In this document: positions 19,136-28,935 of the stretch, in pieces
Layout: the number at the start of each line of letters is the position of its first letter
How positions within the stretch are numbered: the stretch's first letter is position 1
Assembly (NCBI GenBank): GCA_964519415.1
Contig: CAZFJM010000003.1
Span: forward strand, 5,668 to 69,667
Source of the DNA: Candidatus Woesearchaeota archaeon
Lineage (GTDB): Archaea; Nanobdellota; Nanobdellia; Pacearchaeales; GW2011-AR1
Direction of reading: 5' to 3'
Length of the DNA: 64,000 nt
Program-made: the position numbers and the translations under genes
Notes under the pieces: model-generated
Databases searched by the model: none
What the model was told of the DNA's origin: nothing
What the model saw: the letters and a program-made list of their open reading frames with translations, nothing else

Positions 19136-20358
19136 CTCCATCTGAATTCTCCCCTAGACCATTTGTATATGGACCATATTATCATAAAAGGATATACAAT
19201 CAAGTATAAAGTCATATAAAATATCACTTCAAATAAATTCTCATTTTTCAAAAACTTGTCTTTCATTCCAATTAAAACAAGGAAAGTAAATAATAAGAAT
19301 AGTAAAAATAAAACTATTCCAAAATAATTTAGTAGGGTGGGAGTTATATTAAAATCGGCTATTGAAATAACATTAACATTTGCATTCATTTTGTATAATA
19401 ATATTTCCGCTTGATTAAACAGTCTACCTAGCAATAAATAAAAGAAAATGCCTACGCCAATTAAACCAATAGATAAGCCGAAAGCAAAGAATGGGATAAC
19501 AAAATAACCAAACATATTTCTTTGAAAAACATATCTAAAATATTTCTTCAAAACTTGGAAGCCCCCGATTGTCCACCTAACTCTTTGTATCCACCAGACT
19601 CTAATTTTTTCAGGAACAACTGTTTTTACTTTAGCTGCTAAGGACATTTTAACTTTCCATCCATTCTTTAGAATGTGCCAGGTTGATTCAATATCTTCAG
19701 TCATATTTGTTTTATCGAATCCTCCTATTTCATCAAGAGCTACTTTTCTATAAACAGATAAAGACCCGGGAGCAACATAAATCGAATCAATATATCCTAA
19801 TAATTTTCTTGTAAATGCAATAACTTTGTATTCTATTGATTGAAGTCTTCCTAAGAAAGTTTCTCTGTTTAAGGGAGTACAGGCTGCAGTAACTGCGCCG
19901 ACTTTTGTGTCTGAAAAATAACCCATCATATGTGAAAAAGCACTTTTTTCTGGATAACTATCTGCATCAATAATCGCTACAAAATCTCCTTTAACAAATT
20001 TTAAAGCATAATTTAAACTATCTGCCTTTCCAGAATTTTTCTTATCAATAACAATCAGTTTAGAATACTTTTTCTGTAGGCTTTTAGCAATTTTTAAAGT
20101 GTTATCTTTACTTCCATCATTAATTACAATAACTTCTTTTATTCCTTTATAGTCTGAAGCAAAAACATGTTCGATAGTTCCTGCGATTGTTTCTTCTTCA
20201 TTGTATGCTGGAATTAAAATACTTAATGAGTAATTATTCTCTAAAGAAGGCACATGCATTAGTTTATGTCTATTATGGAAATATAAAATTAAGCTAAGTA
20301 GTAGGAAGTATAAAGATACAAACATATAGAAAAAGTAAATTCCTTCAATTACTTCCAT
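19132..20358 (-). CDS. Family 2 glycosyltransferase (processive, IcaA/cellulose-synthase-like)
   Basis: IPAYNEE, DGSKD, GKADSLN, DAD, TEDIE, QRVRW, C-terminal TMs. Confidence 0.92.
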   Translation of the reverse strand: MEVIEGIYFFYMFVSLYFLLLSLILYFHNRHKLMHVPSLENNYSLSILIPAYNEEETIAGTIEHVFASDYKGIKEVIVINDGSKDNTLKIAKSLQKKYSKLIVIDKKNSGKADSLNYALKFVKGDFVAIIDADSYPEKSAFSHMMGYFSDTKVGAVTAACTPLNRETFLGRLQSIEYKVIAFTRKLLGYIDSIYVAPGSLSVYRKVALDEIGGFDKTNMTEDIESTWHILKNGWKVKMSLAAKVKTVVPEKIRVWWIQRVRWTIGGFQVLKKYFRYVFQRNMFGYFVIPFFAFGLSIGLIGVGIFFYLLLGRLFNQAEILLYKMNANVNVISIADFNITPTLLNYFGIVLFLLFLLFTFLVLIGMKDKFLKNENLFEVIFYMTLYLIVYPFMIIWSIYKWSRGEFRWR

Positions 20359-20998
20359 TATCTTCTCCCACACTCTCCGCTTCTTCTATCTCTTCTTTTT
20401 CACTTTCCCCTTCTCCCTTCAAAATATTTCTTTTTTGTACATTAAAATACTCATAAAATTCTTCAGTAAGCATTAAATCGTTTGTATGTCCTGCTTTTTT
20501 AGATTGTAATAATCCCAACTCAATAAATTTTGCAATATGGTCGTATGCTTTATTACCTCTAATCTTAATAACGACAGATTGTTTGATAGGTTGTTTATAT
20601 GCAATAACTGCCAATGTTTCTTGTTCTGCTTTTGTAAATTCAGTATTTCCAGTAGCTAACTTATTTACCATATAAGTATATTTTTCAGAAACATCCATCT
20701 TCCAAGAATTATTTCTATTTACTAGAACAATAGCTCCTTTAGAATATCTTCTTTCAAGTTTTGTAAGTACTTCCTTTAACATAATAGGATTAATGTCTGT
20801 AAGCATGATTAGGTCTTGAATATTCAAGAATCTTCCAGCAATAAACAATGCAGCTTCAACCTTTTCTTCATTTTCTTTTTCTCTTTCTTCATACAAGTTA
20901 TCCATTTCATCTGCAGTTTCATGTGTAATAACCTTTTCAGAAACCTTCTGTTGTTCAGTTGTAGCCGGAACCTCTTCCATTTTGATCTCTTCTTCCAT
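20345..20998 (-). CDS. scpB: SMC-Scp complex subunit ScpB
   Basis: VEAALFIAG, ETLAVIAYKQPI, IRG, TEEFYEYF. Confidence 0.93.
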   Translation of the reverse strand: MEEEIKMEEVPATTEQQKVSEKVITHETADEMDNLYEEREKENEEKVEAALFIAGRFLNIQDLIMLTDINPIMLKEVLTKLERRYSKGAIVLVNRNNSWKMDVSEKYTYMVNKLATGNTEFTKAEQETLAVIAYKQPIKQSVVIKIRGNKAYDHIAKFIELGLLQSKKAGHTNDLMLTEEFYEYFNVQKRNILKGEGESEKEEIEEAESVGEDNGSN

Positions 20999-21043
20999 AA
21001 ATTACTAATGAATAGAGGGTTTTAAAGGGTTTTTATTGTAGAA

Positions 21044-22138
21044 TTAATTCACAGCGTATCTTAAAATTCCGCCAACGCCACCAATATTCAAAAATTGAAC
21101 GCCTTCCTGTGTTTCTGCGGTAACGATATGAACTTCAACAGATGTTGTTTTTGCAAGTTCTTCAAGTTGCTTGATTTTTTCTCTTGGTAATTCCTTGGAA
21201 ATAACTAATTTTCCAACTGCTCCCATACTTAATCTTTCTTCAACTTCAGCCATACCATACGCAATCTTTTCTGGTTGTTTTGCAAGCATCATAAAAAATT
21301 CATCCAAAATCTCTCTCTGTTTTGTAACTTCTTGCTCTGCTAAAATATCTTTTGAAGATTCAACTAGCGCTCGTAATCCGGGATAATCGCTATCACCTAT
21401 ATCTCTAACTCCTATAATTTTATCTTTTAGCTGAGTTGCCAGATTTCCCATTTCAATATATTCTTCTTTTGTTGGAATTGGTCCGCCTATTAAAATTCCC
21501 TTTAATTTTTTATTTTCAAAAAAACATTCTTTCATAACTTCTGAAACTCTTCTATAGAATTCTTTAGCTGCACCTTCAGTAGCTCTTTCAAATCTTTGTG
21601 CAGACTGTCCGCCAGATCTTTGTTTTGAAGGAACCCCAGAAGTCATGCTATGTAGCATCTTAATAGATTTTCCTTCTAAAATACCAATAGCTGCTTCTTT
21701 TCTATCAATAACTAATAAACCATAAACTTCATCTGTCTCAAGCATCTCTCTTAAGGGTTCTACCACAAAAGTTTGGTCACATCTATAGACTCTAACTTTC
21801 AATGGTTTTGGAGGTTCAATATTCCAAATTCTAACGTCTTCTTGTCCTTCAACTTCTGAAACATTTCCCGCGTACATTGCAAGACCATTCTCAGGTAATT
21901 TTTGTCCAATTAATTTTAACTGTCTGGAAATTCTTTCTAAAGCATCCAATACTGCCTTTCTTACATTCTTGGATTTAATATTTTCAGCAGTTCCCTTTTC
22001 AGTATCTATTTGTTTAACTACGTTGTTTATGTTAAACTCTGCCGGAATTAAAACACTAATAAGTTCAGTGTGTCTTCCACGGTAGCTTTCAAGTTCTTTT
22101 ACGGTTTCTTCAAACTCGTACTTTTCTGCATCATTCAT
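21044..22138 (-). CDS. prf1: Peptide chain release factor aRF1
   Basis: NIKS, YRCDQTF, GGQSAQRF, GGVGGILRY. Confidence 0.97.
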   Translation of the reverse strand: MNDAEKYEFEETVKELESYRGRHTELISVLIPAEFNINNVVKQIDTEKGTAENIKSKNVRKAVLDALERISRQLKLIGQKLPENGLAMYAGNVSEVEGQEDVRIWNIEPPKPLKVRVYRCDQTFVVEPLREMLETDEVYGLLVIDRKEAAIGILEGKSIKMLHSMTSGVPSKQRSGGQSAQRFERATEGAAKEFYRRVSEVMKECFFENKKLKGILIGGPIPTKEEYIEMGNLATQLKDKIIGVRDIGDSDYPGLRALVESSKDILAEQEVTKQREILDEFFMMLAKQPEKIAYGMAEVEERLSMGAVGKLVISKELPREKIKQLEELAKTTSVEVHIVTAETQEGVQFLNIGGVGGILRYAVN

Positions 22139-22189
22139 AATTAGGTCAGTTATTGAGGATTTATAAAGGTTAAGACATATTTATTTAGC

Positions 22190-22441
22190 ATGGTAGAAAA
22201 ACCTTGGTGCGTTTATATTCTAGAATGTCTTGACGGTTCTTATTATACTGGTGTCACAAACGATGTTGAAAAAAGGATGAAAGCTCATAAGTCTAAAAAA
22301 GGTAGTAAGTACGTAATGCGACACGGATTTAGTCATCTAATTGCAACAAAACCCTGCAAAGATAAATCAGATGCCTGTAAAGCAGAATACTGGATTAAAC
22401 AATTACCTAGGAATGAGAAGTTAAACGCGTTCAAAGAATAG
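22190..22441 (+). CDS. GIY-YIG nuclease (UPF0213/YazA-like)
   Basis: VYILECLDGSYYTGVTNDVEKRM..H...GSKY...AEYWIKQL. Confidence 0.92.
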   Translation: MVEKPWCVYILECLDGSYYTGVTNDVEKRMKAHKSKKGSKYVMRHGFSHLIATKPCKDKSDACKAEYWIKQLPRNEKLNAFKE

Positions 22442-22471
22442 GTTTAAAAGACTAGATTTTTAAGAATTTTT

Positions 22472-22882
22472 ATGGAAAGACCAAAAGAAACTGAAAAGCA
22501 TGATGTTCCGGAAATAAGTATATTGGAACAAACACTTTACGAACCTCAAACCATGGGTTCATGTTCTAGTTCATCTAGAAGTTCGGGCATGATGACATAT
22601 ACTATGTGTAGAGAAAAGAATTATTCTTTCGTTGCTTATCCTGGTCCAGACGTAGTTATGGCAGGTTCACGTGCAGAGCACCTTCCATTACACTTTCACG
22701 TAAAAGGTAAGCAAGGTAGAGAGTTAAGAATTTTAACAGAAGACTTCAGTGAGTACGATGGATATCCAATTCCTAGAGAATTAAGAGTCTATTTTAGAGA
22801 AGAAACTGTAGCCCAATTTTTAAGAGATAACACAAAAAGCGTATTTGAAACTGGAAAACCTAAAGAGCAAGAGTCTAAATAA
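22472..22882 (+). CDS. DUF4160-like protein with N-terminal extension
   Basis: EHLPLHFHV resembles the eHxPPHxHv motif. Confidence 0.5.
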   Translation: MERPKETEKHDVPEISILEQTLYEPQTMGSCSSSSRSSGMMTYTMCREKNYSFVAYPGPDVVMAGSRAEHLPLHFHVKGKQGRELRILTEDFSEYDGYPIPRELRVYFREETVAQFLRDNTKSVFETGKPKEQESK

Positions 22883-25211
22883 ATTCTACCTTAAAATTTC
22901 CTTCTTTGATTTCTTTAGCACAGGTTACTGCTTTCAAATCTTCTAAAATATCTTCAATCTTTTTCATTTTCTCTTTTTCAAGAGTCAAAATAATTTCTGC
23001 TTTCATAGACTTCTGAGCTTTAGATTTTTCATGTCTTATCGCAGTCAATATTTCATACAAGATATCTAGCTCATCAGATATTTTTTCTTTAGAAAATTCT
23101 GGCCATTCTGAAATATGGATTGATTCACTCTTCTCAGCTTTCTTAAAATATTCTTGATATATTTCCTCGCTAATAAATGGCATAATTGGAGCAATCAATT
23201 TCAAAATAGTTAAAAGAGAAGTATGTAAAGCGTATTGTGCAGATTTTTTCTTATCTCCTTCAGCATTATAAATTCTATTCTTAACAATCTCTAAATAATT
23301 ATCACAGAAACTTTGCCAGAAGAATTTCTCAACATCCATCTTTACTCTGCTATATTCATAATTTTCAAAACTTTCTGTACAAGACTTAACAAGCGAGTTC
23401 AATTTATCTAAAAATAATTCGTCAACCTTTTCAAACTTCTTAGGTTTTTTACCATCGAAATCTTGTAAGCCCATGAAAACGAACTTTGTAGCATTCCATA
23501 GTTTTGTAATAAATTTCTTTCCATTCAATAAATCTTTTTCCTGATAATCTAGGTCTTCTCCAAGTTTAGAACCTGCAGCCCAGAATCTTAAAGCATCTGC
23601 ACCATAATTATCTAAAATAAATCTTGGCTCAATAACATTTCCTTTGGATTTTGACATTTTTTCGCCACCTAAAGAAACGACTCCGGAAATCATTATATTT
23701 TCCCAAGGGATTGTTTTTTCATGGAAATAAGATTTTACAATTGTATAAAATGCCCAAGTTCTAATTATATCATGTGCATTTGGTCTTAAGGAGAACGGAA
23801 TCGCTTTCTTTCCTAATAAAGATTCTACAAGCTGCGGAGTTAATGAGGATGTTGCCCAAGTATCTAAAACTTTTTTCTCAGGAACTGCAACAACATTACA
23901 TTTTTTACATTTCTTTTCAATCATAGTTGGGTCAATAGGCAGTTCTTTTTCTTCTGCTAAAATTACTTCCTTACATTTAGGACATTCCCAAACAGGAATC
24001 GGGATACCAAAATGTCTGTCTCTTGAAATATTCCAATCCCACTCTAGTCCATTAACCCAAGAATCATATCTTTTATGCATAAATTCTGGATACCACTTTA
24101 TTTTATTTCCGAGTTTAATCCAATCTTCTTTATTTTCTAAAATTTTAATAAACCATTGTTCTGTTGCTAAAAATTCAACTTCTGTTCCGCACTTATCATG
24201 AACATTAACATTATGTGTAATTGACTTTTGTTCAGTTATTAATCCTGCTTCTTTCAAATCAGCCAATATTTTTTTTCTTGCTTCTCTTATTTTCATTCCA
24301 GCATAATTTCCAAAATTTAAAGTTCCGTTCAGATTTAGAACTATTTTTGCCTTTAGGTTATGTCTTCTAATTGCATCAGCGTCGTATTTATCTCCATAAG
24401 AACAAATCATCAAAACACCGGTTCCTTTGTCTATTTGAGCAGATTCATCTGCAATTATTGGAACTTCAACATTAAACAAGGGAGTTTTTGCTTTCTTTCC
24501 GATTAATTTTTTATATCTTTCATCAGTAGGATTTACAAAAACCGCAACACACGCTGGAATTAATTCAGGTCTTGTTGTACCAATTAACAAATCTTTTCCT
24601 TCACATGAAAATTTAATAGTTGTAAATAAACTTGGCAATTCTTTATCTTCTAATTCTGCCTGAGCAATAGCAGTTTGACATTCTGGACACCACATAGAAG
24701 GAAATTCTTTCTTATAAGCTATTTTTCTTTTATACAAATCAATAAAACTTTGCTGAGATATTTTTCTAGAGTTATCATCAATTGTAGAATATCTTAATTC
24801 AAAATCACAGGAAGATCCTATATCTTTCCAATCTTGCATAAATTGAGGGGTAATTTCCTTGATAGTTTCAAGACAGAGTTTAATAAAAGCTTCACGACTC
24901 ATTTCTTTGCTTTTTACGCCCTTTAATTTTTCAACAAGTCTTTCAGTTGGCAATCCGTTATCATCTGTTCCAAAAGGATAAACAACATTTCCGTTAAACA
25001 TTCTTCTAAATCTTACAATAAAGTCTTGCTGAGAATACGAGAACGCATGTCCTAAATGCATCTTACCCGAAACTGTTGGCGGAGGAGTATCAACATAATA
25101 GGCTTTCTTTCCAGGTTTAGCTGCATAAATTTTCCTAGCTTCCCAGAATTTCTTTAGTTTTTCTTCTGATTCTTTAAAATTGTACTGTTTATTTTCTTGT
25201 GCATCTGCCAT
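22875..25211 (-). CDS. valS: Valyl-tRNA synthetase (archaeal type)
   Basis: DTPPPTVSGKMHLGH, TTRPEL, WDWNISR, DIIRTW, KMSKS. Confidence 0.97.
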   Translation of the reverse strand: MADAQENKQYNFKESEEKLKKFWEARKIYAAKPGKKAYYVDTPPPTVSGKMHLGHAFSYSQQDFIVRFRRMFNGNVVYPFGTDDNGLPTERLVEKLKGVKSKEMSREAFIKLCLETIKEITPQFMQDWKDIGSSCDFELRYSTIDDNSRKISQQSFIDLYKRKIAYKKEFPSMWCPECQTAIAQAELEDKELPSLFTTIKFSCEGKDLLIGTTRPELIPACVAVFVNPTDERYKKLIGKKAKTPLFNVEVPIIADESAQIDKGTGVLMICSYGDKYDADAIRRHNLKAKIVLNLNGTLNFGNYAGMKIREARKKILADLKEAGLITEQKSITHNVNVHDKCGTEVEFLATEQWFIKILENKEDWIKLGNKIKWYPEFMHKRYDSWVNGLEWDWNISRDRHFGIPIPVWECPKCKEVILAEEKELPIDPTMIEKKCKKCNVVAVPEKKVLDTWATSSLTPQLVESLLGKKAIPFSLRPNAHDIIRTWAFYTIVKSYFHEKTIPWENIMISGVVSLGGEKMSKSKGNVIEPRFILDNYGADALRFWAAGSKLGEDLDYQEKDLLNGKKFITKLWNATKFVFMGLQDFDGKKPKKFEKVDELFLDKLNSLVKSCTESFENYEYSRVKMDVEKFFWQSFCDNYLEIVKNRIYNAEGDKKKSAQYALHTSLLTILKLIAPIMPFISEEIYQEYFKKAEKSESIHISEWPEFSKEKISDELDILYEILTAIRHEKSKAQKSMKAEIILTLEKEKMKKIEDILEDLKAVTCAKEIKEGNFKVEFI

Positions 25212-25250
25212 ACACATTACATAAATTTACTATATAAAAAGATAACTATC

Positions 25251-25493
25251 TTAGGCGCCTCTTTTTTCTAACCAACGGCTTGCCTGATTATAGACATCCA
25301 AAGCATATGCAGCCGAATTAAAATCGCCGTCTATACATGCTTGTTCAATAGTTTGGTAAAATGGAACCATACGTTCTTGGACCCATTCGGTCTCATTAAG
25401 ACCTATCCTGGCCCTTATTCTTACAGCAGCAGTTCTCAAACAATGAGAATACCATAATTCCTTGTTTTCAGACACTATTTGTGCATTAACCAT
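25251..25493 (-). CDS. Hypothetical protein (80 aa)
   Basis: Own TATA (TTTATATA) about 20 nt upstream. Confidence 0.55.
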   Translation of the reverse strand: MVNAQIVSENKELWYSHCLRTAAVRIRARIGLNETEWVQERMVPFYQTIEQACIDGDFNSAAYALDVYNQASRWLEKRGA

Positions 25494-25531
25494 TAAAAGG
25501 CAAACTATAGCTTATATATAAACTTTTCCCT

Positions 25532-25969
25532 TTAGCTATTCAAAATCTGCATAGAAAATTGGTTATATTTATGGCCTTCATAAATTTCAGTACCTACTAT
25601 TCTAAAACCACATGAGCTATAAAATTTTTCCAGACCATATTTCTGAAAAGAGTCCACGCACAAAAATCTTATATCTTTTTCTATTGCATAATTCTTAGCA
25701 AAATTAACCATTGCTTTGCCGATGCCTTTGCCATGAAGTAATCTTTCAACTGCAATTGCTTCGATGCACAATCGGTCTTTCAAGGTCTTTAGGCACATTG
25801 CAGAAACAAGTTTGTCTCCTTCCATTCCTTTGAAATAACTTTTTTTATAAGTTTCCTCTAAAACCCACTCAGGAGTATCCCACTTAAAGTTAGGTATATC
25901 AATATGAAACAAACGATTTAACTCGACAATCCTATCTGCATCATTCGGTATTGCTCGTAGTATCTCCAT
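25532..25969 (-). CDS. GNAT acetyltransferase
   Basis: IAVERLLHGKGIGKAM, KFYSSCGF. Confidence 0.9.
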   Translation of the reverse strand: MEILRAIPNDADRIVELNRLFHIDIPNFKWDTPEWVLEETYKKSYFKGMEGDKLVSAMCLKTLKDRLCIEAIAVERLLHGKGIGKAMVNFAKNYAIEKDIRFLCVDSFQKYGLEKFYSSCGFRIVGTEIYEGHKYNQFSMQILNS

Positions 25970-26037
25970 ATTTTTTGAGACTTTAGCAGATTTATATAAT
26001 TAATTATCTTTAAATATCTAAAGAGGCTAAACTAAAC

Positions 26038-26658
26038 ATGACAAAAGAGCAAAAAAAAGGCCTAAAGATTTTAGCCGCAGCAGATTTTCAAGGTAGCTCG
26101 GCCGTAGCAGAGTCATTAGCAGCTAAAGCTGAAAAAGAAAAAGTCGACTTAGTAATTTTAGCAGGTGATATTCATGGTCATCAACCAACAAGAAATCTAA
26201 TTGCACCATTCATAAAAAGACATCAGAAAGTAATCTTCGTTCCAGGAAATTGGGACACTACTGTAGACTCTAATATGATTAAAGACATCTACAAGATAAA
26301 TAATATAGATGGAAGTTATACGCATTACAATGGCGTAGACATTATTGGTATAGGTAGTCCTGATTTTGCCCTAGACATTGACACTGAAAAGAACTTAGAC
26401 AAATTGATTAACAATTTTGAAAAAGTAAGCACTAAAGATTCTAAGAAAATATTAGTTTCTCATATTCACGCAAGAAACACTTTAGCAGAATTCTCCGGAA
26501 TTCCAGGTAGTGAAATTGTAAGGCATGTTATTGATCATTTCCAGCCAGATATTTTTATTTCTTCCCATATACACGAAGCAGAGGGATTAGAACAGAAAAT
26601 CGGAAAAACGAAAGTTTTCCAAGTTGGTAAAAAAGGTAAAATAATTCAAATTGATTAA
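26038..26658 (+). CDS. Calcineurin-like metallophosphoesterase
   Basis: ADFQ, AGDI, PGNWD, VSH, SHIHE. Confidence 0.88.
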   Translation: MTKEQKKGLKILAAADFQGSSAVAESLAAKAEKEKVDLVILAGDIHGHQPTRNLIAPFIKRHQKVIFVPGNWDTTVDSNMIKDIYKINNIDGSYTHYNGVDIIGIGSPDFALDIDTEKNLDKLINNFEKVSTKDSKKILVSHIHARNTLAEFSGIPGSEIVRHVIDHFQPDIFISSHIHEAEGLEQKIGKTKVFQVGKKGKIIQID

Positions 26659-27662
26659 TTATTACTCACTAATTCTTTAACAAGTCTTATTGTATAAACC
26701 AAAATTAAAGGTCCGATTATAAATCCAAATATTCCGAATATGGTCGTCCCACCTAAAATTCCAATAATCATAATTAATGGGTGTATTTTTGCCCTACCAG
26801 ACAGGACTTTTGAGACTAAAATTGTTTCTATAAATAATGCAATTATTACCCAAGTAGCAAGAATAATTCCGAACGCATACCAATTATTCATTAAAGCATA
26901 ATAAATCAAAAGAGGGATGTTAACTATTGAAGGACCCAATCCCGGGATAAATACAAAAATCGCAACAAGGAAAGATAAAAGTAAATAGAATTTAACTCCT
27001 GCAATATAAAGTCCAATAGCTGAAATAATAAAGTCTAATATTGCAATTAAAAAATATCCAAAGACAATTCCATGTGTAGCTAGATTAATTTCATGTGTAA
27101 CTCTCTCTTTATCTTTGAAAGGTATGAATTTTTTAACTTGCTTTACAATTGAATTCCAACCAACCAATATGTAAAAAAATGAAAAAAGGAAAACCAATGC
27201 AGAAAGCAATACCGAAGGTAAACTTGAAGCAATAGTTCCAACGAGTGAGAATACAATCATTCCAACCTGATTAACTCCCTTCTCCCAATCAAAATTAATT
27301 TTATTTATTATAGGCAAAGAGGTTAATTCATTAACTACATCCATTACATTTGTATTTCTAATAGTATCGCTGGCTTGATTAGCTAAAGTTGTAATTGCAA
27401 GAGTTGCGGGAACAATAATTATAGTTAAAATTAATATTAGACAAATAACTGCTGAAATATTTTCTCCAAATCTTTTTTTAAGAAAATCGAAAACAGGTTT
27501 GCATAAATAAGCAAGAACAAAAGAAGAAATTAAAACAATCATATAAGGTTTGATAATCTGATATGAGAGGAATATAAGAAGAATAATTATTCCCAGTAAA
27601 ATATACTTACCAGAACTCTTTTCTTCTGTATTTACAGAAACCTTACCTCTTCTCTTTTTCAT
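26655..27662 (-). CDS. AI-2E family transporter
   Basis: Multi-TM; LAYLCKPV, IPGLG, IHPLIMIIGILGG...GFIIGP. Confidence 0.92.
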   Translation of the reverse strand: MKKRRGKVSVNTEEKSSGKYILLGIIILLIFLSYQIIKPYMIVLISSFVLAYLCKPVFDFLKKRFGENISAVICLILILTIIIVPATLAITTLANQASDTIRNTNVMDVVNELTSLPIINKINFDWEKGVNQVGMIVFSLVGTIASSLPSVLLSALVFLFSFFYILVGWNSIVKQVKKFIPFKDKERVTHEINLATHGIVFGYFLIAILDFIISAIGLYIAGVKFYLLLSFLVAIFVFIPGLGPSIVNIPLLIYYALMNNWYAFGIILATWVIIALFIETILVSKVLSGRAKIHPLIMIIGILGGTTIFGIFGFIIGPLILVYTIRLVKELVSNN

Positions 27663-27791
27663 AAATGAGAAAGGTTAATGCTATTTATAAAACTTCTTCA
27701 AAACTTGATTTTATATTAATGCTTCAGAAAAACAAAATAGATCGTCCACAAGAAGTTAAGAATGCACATGTTGTTGTAAATTTGTTTAAAA

Positions 27792-28361
27792 TTAATTTCC
27801 TTGTCTGTTATTAGCTCTTAAGCTCGGTCTAACTTTAGGAACTTTGAAAGGAGAATTTCTTAATCCTCTAGCCTTTGCAGCAGCAGATGTTAATCCTCTA
27901 AAGATTCTCTTCTTGTTTGCTGGTTTAGCTATAAAACTTAATTGTTTGTCAGTCTTGATTTCTGGAGCTTCCCTGTCTACCATAATAACTTCATAAAAAT
28001 AATGCATTCCGTCTCTTCCAATCCAATAAGAATTCAAAGCTTCACAGTTAGGATATTTTCTAGCTGCTCTTTGCTCACAGATTTGTTGATAATTCATTTT
28101 CAAATTAAGATGTGTGTGCATTCTTCTACCCATTCTACCTTTCTTTGGTCTAGGTCTTCTATGTCCGCCTCTAAGAACTTTAACTCTAACTACAAAAACG
28201 CCTTTCTTTGCTTTGTATCCTAATGAATGTGCTCTGTCTAATCTTAATGGAGTATCTACTCTAACAACGGAACCGCCAGCTCTCCACTCAATCATTCTTT
28301 GTCTAAGTGCTTCAGCATCTGGTTTCTTCCATGCTTCTCTCAAATATTTTGCTAATCCCAT
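27792..28361 (-). CDS. rpl15e: Ribosomal protein eL15
   Basis: RLDRAHSLGYKAKKG, LNSYWIG, FYEVIMVD, RGLTSA. Confidence 0.97.
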   Translation of the reverse strand: MGLAKYLREAWKKPDAEALRQRMIEWRAGGSVVRVDTPLRLDRAHSLGYKAKKGVFVVRVKVLRGGHRRPRPKKGRMGRRMHTHLNLKMNYQQICEQRAARKYPNCEALNSYWIGRDGMHYFYEVIMVDREAPEIKTDKQLSFIAKPANKKRIFRGLTSAAAKARGLRNSPFKVPKVRPSLRANNRQGN

Positions 28362-28431
28362 ATTTCTCTTATCAAAAGTGGGTTTAAAAAGATTACTATT
28401 GAGAAATTTAAAATTTTAATCAAAACTTCTT

Positions 28432-28920
28432 CTATTGTGAATGAACACATAATGCCACAAAATAATAACTATCTGTTTTTCCACGTTCCAAAACCTTTCC
28501 TTTTCCATCAACTATCCTAAATCCATAAGCCAAATCTGGATAGTCGGGTACGGTAGTAGCTGACCAAAAACCATGAATTTCAAGTTCATTAGTCCAAAAA
28601 GAATTATTTTTAGCAGAATCATACACGAGTTCTAATTCCTCTAAATTAGGTAATCTCCAATCCTCAAATTCTTCTAAATTCAAAGAATTGCAATATGCAA
28701 TAGAATCATTCCAATTAGTCCTTTCTTGACCAGAGCTTCTTTGCCACATTAAATTGTTAGCTTTATCGATAACAATATCTCCATTTTGATTTAAGGAGTA
28801 GTCTGGATCTTTCAGTTTACCGTTGACTTCTGAACCATTATTATAAAAAATAAATAAAAACAAAATTATTCCAAAAAATAGCAAGAGAAGTAATAGCAAA
28901 ATAATCCATCTTTTTTTCAT
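28432..28920 (-). CDS. Membrane-anchored DUF1566/Lcl C-terminal (C-type lectin fold) protein
   Basis: DKANNLMWQ, NWNDSIAYC, DWRLPNLEEL, FWSAT. Confidence 0.85.
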   Translation of the reverse strand: MKKRWIILLLLLLLFFGIILFLFIFYNNGSEVNGKLKDPDYSLNQNGDIVIDKANNLMWQRSSGQERTNWNDSIAYCNSLNLEEFEDWRLPNLEELELVYDSAKNNSFWTNELEIHGFWSATTVPDYPDLAYGFRIVDGKGKVLERGKTDSYYFVALCVHSQ

Positions 28921-28935
28921 AATAAGGATATATAT

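Noticed and set aside
27719..27814. 31-codon ORF MLQKNKIDRPQEV... between the AI-2E gene and rpl15e
   Set aside because: Short, no motif, runs into the rpl15e end; the nearby TATA can serve the divergent transporter
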